Virus record (IMG/VR): IMGVR_UViG_3300043777_000173
Location: 4,302-68,301 of that record
DNA: 64,000 nucleotides
Reading direction: 5' to 3' (one strand)
Source: a virus
Shown in pieces: positions 9,801-19,657 of this stretch. Under the pieces are notes generated by a model. It was not told the origin of the DNA and ran no database searches. It worked only from the letters and a program-made list of their open reading frames with translations. Within the stretch, counting starts at the first letter, position 1. The number at the start of each line of letters is the position of its first letter. The translations under genes and the position numbers were made by a program.

Positions 9801-10726
9801 GTATCTCAACCAACAATACGACCGCTGCCACCGTAGGAGCCAGTCAGTCCAGCCCGTTCATTCAGGCACTCGGCACCGAGTGGAACGGTGCCTCCGTTCC
9901 GGGCGGTGGTCAGTTCCAGTTCATTCCCGGCACCGGGGTCAACGCGCCCTCCTTCTTTCAGCTTTCACACTTTGGCGCGGCCACAGGTTCGATGGCGTTC
10001 GAGATACCAAACGGGACGGTAATTAATCCATCTCTTGTATTCGCGGCGGGCACGACAACTGGCTTCTTCTCCTTCGGCGGAAATACTGATTGCTGGACCA
10101 ATGGCACCGTTGCTGGGACTTGCTTCGTGGGGGGTAGCAACAATCTACAGATACCGGATAATTGGAATCTCTCCTTCAGTCAGACGAATAGCGCTAGCGG
10201 GGCAATGGGAGCGAATATTGGAATCGTGGGCACGGGTGCGAACGAGGTTCTTAGCACGTCTACTCAGGTGCTTGTGCCCCAATGTAAGGTCAAGACGGCC
10301 GTGACTCTCTCAACCTCCGCTACGACCATCTGCTCATGGAACCTACCCAACTCCGCCCAGACATGGGCTTGGCAGTGCTCTGGGACCTACACCATCACGG
10401 CAGGCACCACGCCGGACTTCGGCTTGGGGATGAATGCCTCCCAGACCCCCACTAGCGAGACGGGGAATGCGCTCATTAGCTCTGTCTCGGCTAGCACGAC
10501 GAGCACACAGGTATTCACGGGTGACAGTAACACGGCGGCGGCCTCCGGGAACCAACCGATCTACACCTCGACGGTCGCTATTACCACGGTCACGAATAGC
10601 CCGTGGACCTCGTCCGGGGTGCTTCAGGCCAGCGCGACAGCAGGAACGTTCGCGATCACGGGTATACTGACAGGAACGACACCAGCAGGCACGGTGAATC
10701 CGGGGACGACATGCCAACTTTACTAA
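6881..10726 (+). CDS. large fibre/spike-like protein with N-terminal signal peptide
   Basis: 1281 aa, T/G/S/A/N-rich, many Cys; N-terminus MRNFLLALFLGLSSMSLG-Q. Confidence 0.7.
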   Translation: MRNFLLALFLGLSSMSLGQSLTGSPVAVNQNGVPLPSTLVTVCLTNPGTGTCGSLATLFTDNTLANACIGTNAALNSIGSPLVTTACSNPGFTDVLGNVMAFAPPGFYWCQYSRAGILTYSQPCPSSGSTGGGIALGTAAQVPIMNAGATAYVPQTLAQDCTIASTGVVTCLKTNNVPFGTFATNNFTTPPTIGGTTPAPGFFTTLSASTSFTLVGGTALTSQSSANSQIVTCPTGGSGTQVCDAAGAWVANGSGSGTVTPSPQYQVAIYPTAGTVATVQGSANLTTDAGGDFSATGKLAAGSTSVTGPMCTGVSGAWCAAENSTAGTPTSGGCYIRADSTTNALKYSCNGGAEALLVSPGFPVTTPQTVNGAPSTGSITPNQATIPNPVGQIIGTGDWYMQAPSFTIPPAPSLAINTTGGTYVNGTQLYVRLTYAGFSAGNTQPSGEVVSSAPNGMTGCSGGNSCSVTVTMPTSCTAGNLPAGATGCTVWNATGGGTNTEQIVAACTNITATTCILTAAPTGTALTFQATTGITPPNFHTSGLLSNNIVPLSWLNKSDLNNYPLVGIDTGGRNNAQPHDILTFMQPLSYNDAFQNAYYGITNTGGISIVHEMGHNVNSTCSASNLCIDPALSVRYDDAFATGTTWEQSLGMYAERFLNNTSFVCSPVSGETCAGSIRANVTDLRTGGTSLSAQGPVAGIAGAAFNNQGSSHATTPTAQAGYIGGSFLAQDGTTNAYNEGAQTYIGVQGQASDVGLGTNSIGYNFRSVKGSNFGNGNYGMSVNNFTPARNIDYGLFIDGGNIWFGGNAEGPVYLDTIATNHSTIGVAGSVGVTGDVTASNMLLPTAGTITPIGGTATTWTYRLACVSATGALSVAATDVTTNVGAANLNGSTTENAVNLPNNNEGCSSYNIYLTSTGGTCGGVSCNAPGLIGNVVVNQAPNLFNLQTASTGQFIHGTQVATGTEPTNSSNTTGSISTNNTTAATVGASQSSPFIQALGTEWNGASVPGGGQFQFIPGTGVNAPSFFQLSHFGAATGSMAFEIPNGTVINPSLVFAAGTTTGFFSFGGNTDCWTNGTVAGTCFVGGSNNLQIPDNWNLSFSQTNSASGAMGANIGIVGTGANEVLSTSTQVLVPQCKVKTAVTLSTSATTICSWNLPNSAQTWAWQCSGTYTITAGTTPDFGLGMNASQTPTSETGNALISSVSASTTSTQVFTGDSNTAAASGNQPIYTSTVAITTVTNSPWTSSGVLQASATAGTFAITGILTGTTPAGTVNPGTTCQLY

Positions 10727-13700
10727 GAAAAGTTGCCTTGCTTGTCGGTGTTGCGCTCTTGGGTCTGCCTACTTTCGCCGCAACCTACTATGTGGCTGCC
10801 ACTGGCGCGGATACGAATAACGGCACCAGCAAGGCGACTCCCTGGCTGCACGCTCCCGGCATGAGCACCTGTACGAGCCTTTGCAGTTCCACGACGATCA
10901 ACGCAGGCGACTCTATCATCTTCCGGGGCGGAGACACATGGCACTTTGGTGACAACACGCAAGTGCCATTCGCGGGATTCCAGAGCAACGCCTGGGCGTT
11001 CTCGCGCTCGGGAAGTTCCACTAGTTGCCAACTGAATGCTGCTGCGGGCGCAATTGTCACCACGACTTGCATTTATATCGGAGTCGATCAGACTTGGTTT
11101 GCAGGCGGATCGTGGACCAGACCTGTCTTTAACTTCGACAATCCCGTTACCACTACGAGCCCAGCTTCATGCACGTTCGACGACACGACGCTCAATCCTA
11201 TCCATTTCAATGCCAGTTACGTGATCGTGGATAATCTTGAAATCTTCGGCTTCTGCTCCAACTCAACGACCACGTTCAGCAATCTGATTGCGTTCTCCAA
11301 CGGAAATCTGCAATGGGAGTGGAAGAACTCCTACGTCCATGGGTACATGCTGGGGCAAACCTGCACCAGCAGCGGCGGAGCCGACTGCGACGAATACTGG
11401 GTGTTCGGCGGATTCACTTCGATCAGCAGTTACTACCGCATCGATCACAACGTCTTCGACAACTCGGACGGGACGTATGGTGGATCGGGGAACAAAGCAT
11501 CGCTCGGAGTGTGGAATATTGGCGGGATGCAATTTGACCACAACGTCTTGAACTACGTTTCCAACGGCCTTAAATTCCGCGCGATGTTGATGGTAGATGA
11601 TAACCTTTTCAACAACATCTTTGAACCGGTGGTCGGTGGCACTCACGGCAACATCATTGAATATGCCGGAACCGGGCAGGTTTATCCGCTCTCGACTTAC
11701 TACTTTAACAACCTCACGCTCTGTTCGTCCGGGCCTTCGAATATTGGAGAGTCGCTGGACATGTATCCAGGTTCCTCTGGGTCGGGGAAAGTCGGCTACA
11801 TCTTCAACAATATCTCTAACTGTAACTACGGTGGTGGCACCGGCACCAATTGCTACATGATCGAGGGCGATGGTGGAAATGGCGGTCCAGGCAATACGCA
11901 ATTTTTCAACAATACGCAGGACTTCCAATGTATGATGCGGAGTCTGCGCGGCAGCTCCACGGGCATCTATCAGAACAACCACTTTGTCGGGTACTCGCCG
12001 TCTGGAGCGATTGGAAACTTCTCCTCGATGACGGTGGCCACAGACAACGGCAACGAAATATGGCAGACCACCGGAGCGGCCTGTGGATCGGTAGCGACGA
12101 ACTACGCTCCAACCTCTAACTCATGTGCTACGGTCGGCGCTGGAGCCAATCTGACTTCAACCCTCTGCGCCGGAATGGACAATGCGACGGCGAGTGCGGC
12201 CTGCAAGAATAGCTATGGCGGGGTGACCTACAACACTAGTAACCACACGGCGGTGGACAACTCCATAGTGGCCCGACCCACATCCGGTTCGTGGGACTCC
12301 GGTGCCTATGAGTTTCTCCCGCCTTGTAGCGGTGCGAATGGCCCTTGCCCTGGCTACACCGCTTATCAAGGAACGATCATCGTGCAACCCCCCACGACTC
12401 CTAATATGGGGGCTGTTTTAAATAGTGGCCTAGTTTATCGCGATTCTTCCTACCCCAGCGGGATAGCCCCTGCGGTTGTTCGTTGCACAGATCAGTCGAT
12501 CGATCCCCAAACTCCCTTCAGTAATCAGAACAAACACGCAGGGTTAGGAGGATCGGGAGATGCAGCCCAAATGTTTGCGGCTGACGATCATTTAATGGGA
12601 TTTGGGGCCAGTGGGGGGAAATATTATCTTATTCATTTCAATACTTACACCTTAATATGCGGTGATCCTACCACAGGATTCGCGATCACAGCCAACAAGA
12701 ACCTCACTAATCCAGGTTCGTCCGGAGTGGCGTACAACTTTGGCAACGGTAGTTTTGACTGGACCAACCCCCTTGTATATTACGCGATGGGGGCAGGTTC
12801 GGACACGACCAATGCACAGATCACGAAATACACCTTTAATTCCAGTGATCAGTTTACAGTTACCTCGCCATATATAGACTTTTCTTTTGGTATCCCGTTA
12901 GGAGCGCAGGCTCCAGCATGGCAGGCAACCCACGCCTACTCTGCTGGCGACTATATTTCATTTACCTTCGCAGAGCCAGACTGGGTAGCATCAAATGCGT
13001 ACTCGACGTTAGGGACGTTAATTGTACCGCTGCTTAACAACTTCTACAACTGTGCCTTCAAGTTAACCACTACCGGCACTTCCTCCATTTCAGCTTCCGA
13101 GCCTATCTGGAGTACATCAGGACAAGGTGGGTGCGTGTCAGCCTCACAGAATGTCATCAATGATAATACAGCCAAATGGCGGAATATCGGGGCTGGACCC
13201 ATCTTCACGTATCAAAACATCGGATCGAGCGGCAACTCAGGAGGCAGTACTCCTGCCTTCAGTCCTAATATGTTTTCCGCCGCCGCCGATGCTAACGGGG
13301 TGAACTGGGAGAATACGGGGGTCACGACCAGTCCCGCATGGAGTAATCCCTCGGGTGTGTCAGCGGACTCAACGCGCTTTGCCTTCGGCTTCTCCACGAA
13401 CGAGTACGGGACCACAGGGAGTTACACTTCTTACAATGGTGATCAGGGCACTGGAGTCTATGCCGTCGCCTACAGTACCACCCTTAACCAATTTTTCTTG
13501 CTTAATACCGCTACTGGGTGGGTGAGTTCCACCACCTGCACAGGGGGATCAGGTTACAACTGCGCAGGTGGCACGCTCAGCAAGCTTACTGGGCAGGGGA
13601 CGGTTACAGCCATCACCTCCGGTCCTTGCGGATACTTCCTCCATAACGTCAAGGGAAGTTCGCATCTCGACTATGTGACGGCTGCGCAGAATGGATTGAT

Positions 13701-14724
13701 CCCCGGCTCCAGCGGAAGCTGCCTGGGCACCGGTGCGATCTGGCAACCGTTTACAACCTTTAACAGCACAACCACTTTGCAATCGCTGCCCTACGGCCTC
13801 AACCACTGGGCCATGATGGATCATACAGTGTTCGCTTTAACTCAACATGCCGGGGTCCTAGGTGGCTTCTCTGGGGGCGCGTATTCCGACCTGCTCCCAC
13901 TCGCCAACCCCAACGGCACAGCAGTGACTAGCTGGCAGATGGGGTACGCCGGAGGGAGCTGGGTTGGTACCCCATTAACACTCAACTGCGACATTAATGG
14001 GACGTGGTTTCCGGGTGATACTAACCCAACCTGTTCTTATGGCAATGCTTACGATGCCCACCCCGGTGCGCAAGTCACCTACGACGCCACCTATAGTGAT
14101 ATCACTCCAGTGTGTGGAACGATTTATAACGTCGCTACCCTCGCGCCCCCGCCAGTGGCCGCCTATCAGGGGGAGGAAGTTTGCATTTCCTCAACGCCTA
14201 CCTGGTTATTTGGCGCGCCTATCCCAGCTTGGCGGACGTGGCGCTTTACACATAATTTCAATACAGGAGGTTCGAGCGACTTCGACGTGCAGTTTGACAT
14301 CAGCCAACTTTCCGGCGACGGTAAGTACCTAGCTTTCACGTCCGACTGGATGTGCACACTGGGAAACACAAACGGCACCACGACGGGAACCCTGTGTGCA
14401 GCACCCTTTGTTTCCGGTACGGTTTACGCATTAGGTCAGAGCGTCAACCCGTTCTCCTCAACCGGGGGGTCGGGCACGAATTACAACGTTTGGTCAGTTA
14501 CCTCCTGTGGAACTGGATGTATAGCCGCTACCGGAACTGCATGGGTAGTATGCAACTCGGGGAATGTGGGAACTAATCTGACGGACGGAAATGGGCAAAC
14601 AGTTTGGACGTGCCAGGGAGTGTCAAACGGTAAGGGGGACGTATTTATTGTACAATTGTTCGCCGGAACCGGTTCGCAGGTCAACCCGCCGTTCCTGTTA
14701 CCGCCGGGCAGTACAATTCAATAG
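10711..14724 (+). CDS. large beta-helix (pectate-lyase-like) protein with signal peptide and W-x4-Y carbohydrate-binding-like repeats
   Basis: likely start ATG 10711 (GGGGAC RBS); signal ...LPTFA-ATYYVAATGADTNNGTSKATPW; Asn-ladder repeats; PAWQATHAYSAGD and PDWVASNAYSTLG. Confidence 0.7.
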   Translation: MPTLLRKVALLVGVALLGLPTFAATYYVAATGADTNNGTSKATPWLHAPGMSTCTSLCSSTTINAGDSIIFRGGDTWHFGDNTQVPFAGFQSNAWAFSRSGSSTSCQLNAAAGAIVTTTCIYIGVDQTWFAGGSWTRPVFNFDNPVTTTSPASCTFDDTTLNPIHFNASYVIVDNLEIFGFCSNSTTTFSNLIAFSNGNLQWEWKNSYVHGYMLGQTCTSSGGADCDEYWVFGGFTSISSYYRIDHNVFDNSDGTYGGSGNKASLGVWNIGGMQFDHNVLNYVSNGLKFRAMLMVDDNLFNNIFEPVVGGTHGNIIEYAGTGQVYPLSTYYFNNLTLCSSGPSNIGESLDMYPGSSGSGKVGYIFNNISNCNYGGGTGTNCYMIEGDGGNGGPGNTQFFNNTQDFQCMMRSLRGSSTGIYQNNHFVGYSPSGAIGNFSSMTVATDNGNEIWQTTGAACGSVATNYAPTSNSCATVGAGANLTSTLCAGMDNATASAACKNSYGGVTYNTSNHTAVDNSIVARPTSGSWDSGAYEFLPPCSGANGPCPGYTAYQGTIIVQPPTTPNMGAVLNSGLVYRDSSYPSGIAPAVVRCTDQSIDPQTPFSNQNKHAGLGGSGDAAQMFAADDHLMGFGASGGKYYLIHFNTYTLICGDPTTGFAITANKNLTNPGSSGVAYNFGNGSFDWTNPLVYYAMGAGSDTTNAQITKYTFNSSDQFTVTSPYIDFSFGIPLGAQAPAWQATHAYSAGDYISFTFAEPDWVASNAYSTLGTLIVPLLNNFYNCAFKLTTTGTSSISASEPIWSTSGQGGCVSASQNVINDNTAKWRNIGAGPIFTYQNIGSSGNSGGSTPAFSPNMFSAAADANGVNWENTGVTTSPAWSNPSGVSADSTRFAFGFSTNEYGTTGSYTSYNGDQGTGVYAVAYSTTLNQFFLLNTATGWVSSTTCTGGSGYNCAGGTLSKLTGQGTVTAITSGPCGYFLHNVKGSSHLDYVTAAQNGLIPGSSGSCLGTGAIWQPFTTFNSTTTLQSLPYGLNHWAMMDHTVFALTQHAGVLGGFSGGAYSDLLPLANPNGTAVTSWQMGYAGGSWVGTPLTLNCDINGTWFPGDTNPTCSYGNAYDAHPGAQVTYDATYSDITPVCGTIYNVATLAPPPVAAYQGEEVCISSTPTWLFGAPIPAWRTWRFTHNFNTGGSSDFDVQFDISQLSGDGKYLAFTSDWMCTLGNTNGTTTGTLCAAPFVSGTVYALGQSVNPFSSTGGSGTNYNVWSVTSCGTGCIAATGTAWVVCNSGNVGTNLTDGNGQTVWTCQGVSNGKGDVFIVQLFAGTGSQVNPPFLLPPGSTIQ

Positions 14725-14746
14725 TAAACGAAAAGGAAACATTTAA

Positions 14747-15169
14747 ATGATACGTTTCACTCAATCGCTCTTGGTTGCCGTTTTTGTCACCTTCACCACC
14801 GCTTACTCCTGTTCACAGAACGGGCCGACCGCTCCCTCGGTAATCCTAACCTGGGTACAATCCACTACGCCGGGGGTTACAGCCAATTGTGTTTACAGAG
14901 GCACGGTTACTGGAGTGTATACGATGCCAGCCTTGTTCTGCTCAACTACCGCGACTACCACTTATACCGACTTGAGCGTGACACGCGGGACCACATACTT
15001 CTATGCGGTTACGGCGCAAGTAGGAAAGTCAGAGAGCGGATACTCCAACGAAGTTAAGGCCCCGGTACCTGTGCTAGCCCCGCCGACCGGAACCAACTCC
15101 CAGGAGACTAAACTAGTCATGCCGCTACCAGATCGTAATCGCATTTACTTAAGCGCCACGGTTAATTAA
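14747..15169 (+). CDS. secreted fibronectin type III domain protein
   Basis: signal peptide; LTW...VYRG...YTD..V..GTTYFYAVTA...ESGYSNEV FN3 signature. Confidence 0.8.
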   Translation: MIRFTQSLLVAVFVTFTTAYSCSQNGPTAPSVILTWVQSTTPGVTANCVYRGTVTGVYTMPALFCSTTATTTYTDLSVTRGTTYFYAVTAQVGKSESGYSNEVKAPVPVLAPPTGTNSQETKLVMPLPDRNRIYLSATVN

Positions 15170-15180
15170 CGGAGTATTAC

Positions 15181-15471
15181 ATGCCTGTTCTTCAAGAAAC
15201 TTTAGGAATTCCCCCGAGTCCTAATATTGCCAACAATAAGGTTGCCTATACAACCTTCGGGTATGGTCCCTCCACTGACACTAGTATTGTTCAAAGTTTC
15301 AACCAACAAGGATTGACTTGCTGGTTCAAAGACGCTCCGGTCGTTACAGCCTCTGGCCATCCAATCGCCACTCGCGCTGATGGGGCTCTTTGGGATGCGG
15401 CCGCAGGCAATTATGTTTCAATTCAAAACACTTCAATTGGCACTGTAGGCTCCGCCAAGAACGGTCAATAA
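15181..15471 (+). CDS. DG-x-x-WD family small protein, paralog 5
   Basis: SGHPIATRADGALWDAAAG. Confidence 0.7.
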   Translation: MPVLQETLGIPPSPNIANNKVAYTTFGYGPSTDTSIVQSFNQQGLTCWFKDAPVVTASGHPIATRADGALWDAAAGNYVSIQNTSIGTVGSAKNGQ

Positions 15472-15472
15472 G

Positions 15473-16546
15473 ATGGCCTATCAATTTGCAGACGGCTTCG
15501 ATAATTTCGGCAACACATATAGCTATACGTCTGGCTATCCCTGGACCTTAGTAACCACAACTGGGGGCGCGTGTAATACTACCACCGCCAATGTTCGTTT
15601 CGCGGCCCCTGGTAGCTTGCCTGGCGCGGCCATGGTTATTGCCGCTGGCTCCGGTCTTACCCAGAATCTTTTGGGTACTCCAAGTACCCTAATCGTGGGG
15701 TTTGGAGTTTATGTCGCGAACTTGCCTGCGTCAGGATACTACCCGCTAGTAGCCTTTGCGGATACTGGAACGGCGCAGTGTTCCCTGTCTGTGAATGCCA
15801 ATGGAGCATTACAATTCGTTCGGGGTTATTCGACAGCACTTATCGGTACGGCCTCTGCCAATGGAACCATCGCGCCAAATACCTGGTATGGTCTTGCGAT
15901 GCAAATCACTTTTAGTGGTTCGGCCGGAACCGCTTCTTTGTATGTAAATGGGTCCGCAACTCCGGCCATCAACTCCATCAGTTTGAACAATATTGCGACG
16001 GCGAACGCCTACGCCACCCAAGTCAAATTAGGTTTCACGACTCTTGGAACTGGCAGTTCCGCGATCATAACTTGCGATGACTTCTATTGCTTCGATTCGA
16101 CCGGGGCATTTAACAACTCTTTGGTAGGTAGCGATGCTCGCATCTTAACCAAGATGCCCGCGAGCGCCGGGAACTATACTAACTGGACGCCTAATGGTCT
16201 AGGAAGCAACTTCCAAAACGCGGCGGTAGAACCCCCAAGTACCTCGGACTATAATGCCAATAACACTCCTGGCACCAAAGATTCCTATATTACGCAGAGC
16301 GCAAGCTTGGCGGTCGCCCCATATCTAGTGCTTGGGCGAGCCTCATTGGAGCGCGACGATGCTGGTCCTCATACCCCTGGATTATTCGTTCGGAGCGGAT
16401 CAACGGATAGTGCAGGTGTTACCACTCCGGCCTTGAGTTCCTCCTACGCCTTCTATGACGCAGTGTTTACAGTTGATCCCTCCACTAGCACGGCCTGGAC
16501 TGGACCCGGAGCTGACAACGCACAAATCGGAATCATCGAGGGTTAA
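15473..16546 (+). CDS. concanavalin/LamG-like virion protein
   Basis: FADGFD start; NTWYGL...LYVNG...DDFY lectin-fold pattern. Confidence 0.65.
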   Translation: MAYQFADGFDNFGNTYSYTSGYPWTLVTTTGGACNTTTANVRFAAPGSLPGAAMVIAAGSGLTQNLLGTPSTLIVGFGVYVANLPASGYYPLVAFADTGTAQCSLSVNANGALQFVRGYSTALIGTASANGTIAPNTWYGLAMQITFSGSAGTASLYVNGSATPAINSISLNNIATANAYATQVKLGFTTLGTGSSAIITCDDFYCFDSTGAFNNSLVGSDARILTKMPASAGNYTNWTPNGLGSNFQNAAVEPPSTSDYNANNTPGTKDSYITQSASLAVAPYLVLGRASLERDDAGPHTPGLFVRSGSTDSAGVTTPALSSSYAFYDAVFTVDPSTSTAWTGPGADNAQIGIIEG

Positions 16547-17020
16547 TTGTCAGTTCGATTAAATCAAGAAGCATTTGAGATTCTAGTAAGGTCGGTATCC
16601 TCCTCTGGAGGCAATGTCCGGCTCAATCAATATGCTCTCTTGTGCTTGGTTCCATCTAGCATTAACGCAGCCCAAGTTCAATTGATTGGCGGACCGTTTC
16701 AAGACCCCCTAGGCAACGCGCTCTCAAATGGTTACCTAGTTGCCAAGCTCCAGCATGATGCGGTGGCACTTAATAGTGGGCAGATTCTAGGCAACATCTC
16801 GGTTCACATTCCTTTGGACATCAATGGTTTTATCCGAGGCACGGTGACTGGAGCCCCGGTGTTCATCTGGCCCAACAACAGTCTCCTACCCGCAGGTGGT
16901 TCATATCTAATCTGGGCCTACTCTTCCACCAATCAACTCGCTTGGGACAATCCCCAAGTTCAGCAAGTGCTTTCCAGCCCGAATCCATTCAACGTTAATG
17001 CTTGGATTCCCGGCCCCTAA
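16547..17020 (+). CDS. putative tail/fibre-associated protein
   Basis: TTG after TAA; GPFQDPLGNAL resembles fibre N-terminal attachment segments. Confidence 0.5.
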   Translation: MSVRLNQEAFEILVRSVSSSGGNVRLNQYALLCLVPSSINAAQVQLIGGPFQDPLGNALSNGYLVAKLQHDAVALNSGQILGNISVHIPLDINGFIRGTVTGAPVFIWPNNSLLPAGGSYLIWAYSSTNQLAWDNPQVQQVLSSPNPFNVNAWIPGP

Positions 17021-17029
17021 AAGAGGACA

Positions 17030-19117
17030 ATGCAATATCAAACTCCATCAACCGCGCCGTTCGTCAGCACGTATGATGATCCGAACGCGGATATAACCAA
17101 TAAGGTGGTCTCACATCTGCGGAGGATGCGATACTTCCGGAAGCAATACGACCAGCGACGAGCTTATTTCTATAGACAGTATATAGGCCAGCGCGATCAG
17201 CGATTCTATCCCGATAACATTACTCCGCGTAGCAACACCTTCGTAACGTATCCATTCGCAAACGTCGAGGCCATCGTCGCCCGAGTCCTTGATGCCTACT
17301 TCTCCTACGAAGATTGGTTTGAATGCAAAGGCCGATCCGCCCAAGATGAACCGGCCGCCGAAAAGATGCAGACGGTTCTCCTCCGTCTCCTAAAGCGTTC
17401 CGACTTCTGCAAGCATTTCGAATCACTCGTCCGCAACATCAGTATCTATGGTCACTCGGCCATGAAGGTAGACTGGGACTGGGATGTTGACACTGTTACA
17501 TATTCTGAACCTATTCCGGCCATTGGCCCCGACGGTCAACCCATCGTTCAGCCTGCCATTGATCCAAATACAATGCAGCCTGTTATGCAGCCTGTTATCC
17601 TTGGTTATAGGCCTGCACAGAAACAAGTTCCACGAAATCGCCCTCGCTTCCTCCCTATTGATGTGTACGATCTTCTGGTTGATCCCGATGGGGGGATTGT
17701 CGCTCATCTTACCGAGCGAACTTTGGGGCAGATGATGAGGGAGCAGACGGCCAGCCTCCAAGCGGCCGCCCAAGACCCTTCGAAGCAGCCCCTGTATATT
17801 CCCGAAGCGTTTGACACCTTAGTGAAGCGGGTTAGCAATAACGTCCGGCCTCCGGACGATCCGATGGACACAGTCATACGATTGGCGGAGCACTGGGATG
17901 AGTACGCGCAAACACAATCAATCATTACTTACGGAGAAGATGCGGAAGCAATTAGCTGGAAAGACCTCCGAGCCTCGTACCGCGCCGCCGGATATAGTCC
18001 GTTTAAGCGGACCGTGTACGCGGGCGTCCCACTTCTATTGTACTCCGGGCCTATCCCCTTCATGCACAAGAAGTGTCCCATAGTAATGACCAACTTCATT
18101 CGGCTGCCGAATGAAATCTTTGGACTTGGGGCAATCGAGATTATCTCGGACTTGACAGAAGGTATGTGCAAGTTCGTGAACATGATCACGGACAACTGGA
18201 ACCTCGGCATCAATCATCGGTATGCCTTTGATACGAATGCGGATATTGACCACGAGGCCTTGAATAGTTTCAATACACCGGGCGGCAAGGTGCCTGTCGT
18301 AGGCGATCCATCCAAGGTCATCATGCCTCTCCCGTTCTTCACTCCATCCCCTGGAGACTACCAGATTCTGGAAGTCTACAAGATGTTGATTGAGAACACA
18401 TCCGGTGTTAGTGACTTCTACTCGAAGGGGGTAGGGTCGCCTACAAACAACAAAACCGCCACCGGCATTAGCAGCGTAATGAACGAGTCGAACTTCCGAT
18501 TCAAGATGTTCATCCGGAATCTCGAACTTGAAATCCTCCAACCAGTCTTGACTATGTGTGCGAGCATGGTCCAACAATACATCTCCGACCCGATGGAATT
18601 CCAGATCACCGGAGAGAATCCCACCATCAAAAAGTGGGTGGTTATGCAACCAGAGGAACTCATTGGTACGCTTGACTTTGATCTTGTTGCTGCGAATTAT
18701 GCAAGCAATCGCGTCGTGCGTCAACGCAATTTACTTGCGCTATTTAATCTGGCTTCTCAATCACCGTTCCTTAATCAGTATGAATCGCTCAAGGAACTCT
18801 TCAAGGCGTTCGAAGTAAGGAACGTAAACAAGCTTCTATTCACCCCGCCCCAGGTCCAAGCCATGCAAATGGCCGAGCAAGAGAAGAACGTCAAGATGAT
18901 GATGCTCGAAGCGATGATGGACGTAGAGGGTAAGGCGCGAATCGCTCAATCCAAACCTCAGACAACCACTGGCAAGGATGGCCGCCCGCGCAAGGCACAG
19001 TTCGAAGGTAAGATTCCGGGTGCTGGCCTGATGTCCCATATCAAGGACCTCGGCCAGTCGATGGGAGCTAACAGCCTCGGTCTAGAGGGCCTCGGGCATT
19101 CCGGGGAGGGAGACTAA
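17030..19117 (+). CDS. portal protein
   Basis: 695 aa before scaffold and capsid; FGLGAIE, SGVSDF...KTATGIS portal-type motifs. Confidence 0.88.
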   Translation: MQYQTPSTAPFVSTYDDPNADITNKVVSHLRRMRYFRKQYDQRRAYFYRQYIGQRDQRFYPDNITPRSNTFVTYPFANVEAIVARVLDAYFSYEDWFECKGRSAQDEPAAEKMQTVLLRLLKRSDFCKHFESLVRNISIYGHSAMKVDWDWDVDTVTYSEPIPAIGPDGQPIVQPAIDPNTMQPVMQPVILGYRPAQKQVPRNRPRFLPIDVYDLLVDPDGGIVAHLTERTLGQMMREQTASLQAAAQDPSKQPLYIPEAFDTLVKRVSNNVRPPDDPMDTVIRLAEHWDEYAQTQSIITYGEDAEAISWKDLRASYRAAGYSPFKRTVYAGVPLLLYSGPIPFMHKKCPIVMTNFIRLPNEIFGLGAIEIISDLTEGMCKFVNMITDNWNLGINHRYAFDTNADIDHEALNSFNTPGGKVPVVGDPSKVIMPLPFFTPSPGDYQILEVYKMLIENTSGVSDFYSKGVGSPTNNKTATGISSVMNESNFRFKMFIRNLELEILQPVLTMCASMVQQYISDPMEFQITGENPTIKKWVVMQPEELIGTLDFDLVAANYASNRVVRQRNLLALFNLASQSPFLNQYESLKELFKAFEVRNVNKLLFTPPQVQAMQMAEQEKNVKMMMLEAMMDVEGKARIAQSKPQTTTGKDGRPRKAQFEGKIPGAGLMSHIKDLGQSMGANSLGLEGLGHSGEGD

Positions 19118-19419
19118 TGCTTAGATGCGTTTTGGGCGCTAAAGTTGCCGGCCCGAAGTATCTCGATCCATTTACCGGAAAGATCAGCACGGATCATTAC
19201 AACGTAACTTGGGTTCCGGAATCTGAATATCCCTTCCCACTCGTTACAAGCCGTTACCTTTTGGATTACGAAGTGGAGGGCGAGGGGTCCCATGTAGTCC
19301 TGATAAAAGACAAAGTAGTTAAAGTTGGAGCCTGGCAAGAATGTGTGGCGTGGGCCGAAAGGCCTAACCCCGTTCTATGCGAGGAGATTGGAGGTGCCAC
19401 TTGCCAAACACGACATTGA
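19117..19419 (+). CDS. hypothetical protein
   Basis: coupled to the portal stop; contains motif copy 4 (PNPVLCEE). Confidence 0.5.
   Translation: MLRCVLGAKVAGPKYLDPFTGKISTDHYNVTWVPESEYPFPLVTSRYLLDYEVEGEGSHVVLIKDKVVKVGAWQECVAWAERPNPVLCEEIGGATCQTRH
19364..19386 (+). repeat. dispersed 23-bp motif copy 4
   Basis: CTAACCCCGTTCTATGCGAGGAG. Confidence 0.95.
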
Positions 19420-19657
19420 ACCGATTCTTGTCCTGCCAACCTGTCCGTATGGTTACAACCTTGTTGATGTCCATATTGATGATCACGGGCTTGTTGACAA
19501 AGCCCGCTGTCACGCAGCGGACGCAGACACGACCGAAGGTTCAGCTCGTGCCCACCTGTAGGGCTTCTGTAGCAGGATGGGCCTTCACAAGTCCAGGAGC
19601 ATCGGGGGCCGACGTACAAGCGGTTTAACCGCGTGGTCGGTCGCCCCAGAGGATTAT

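Noticed and set aside
6881-14724. Diversity-generating retroelement acting on the fibre genes
   Set aside because: No reverse transcriptase and no TR/VR repeat pair noticed.
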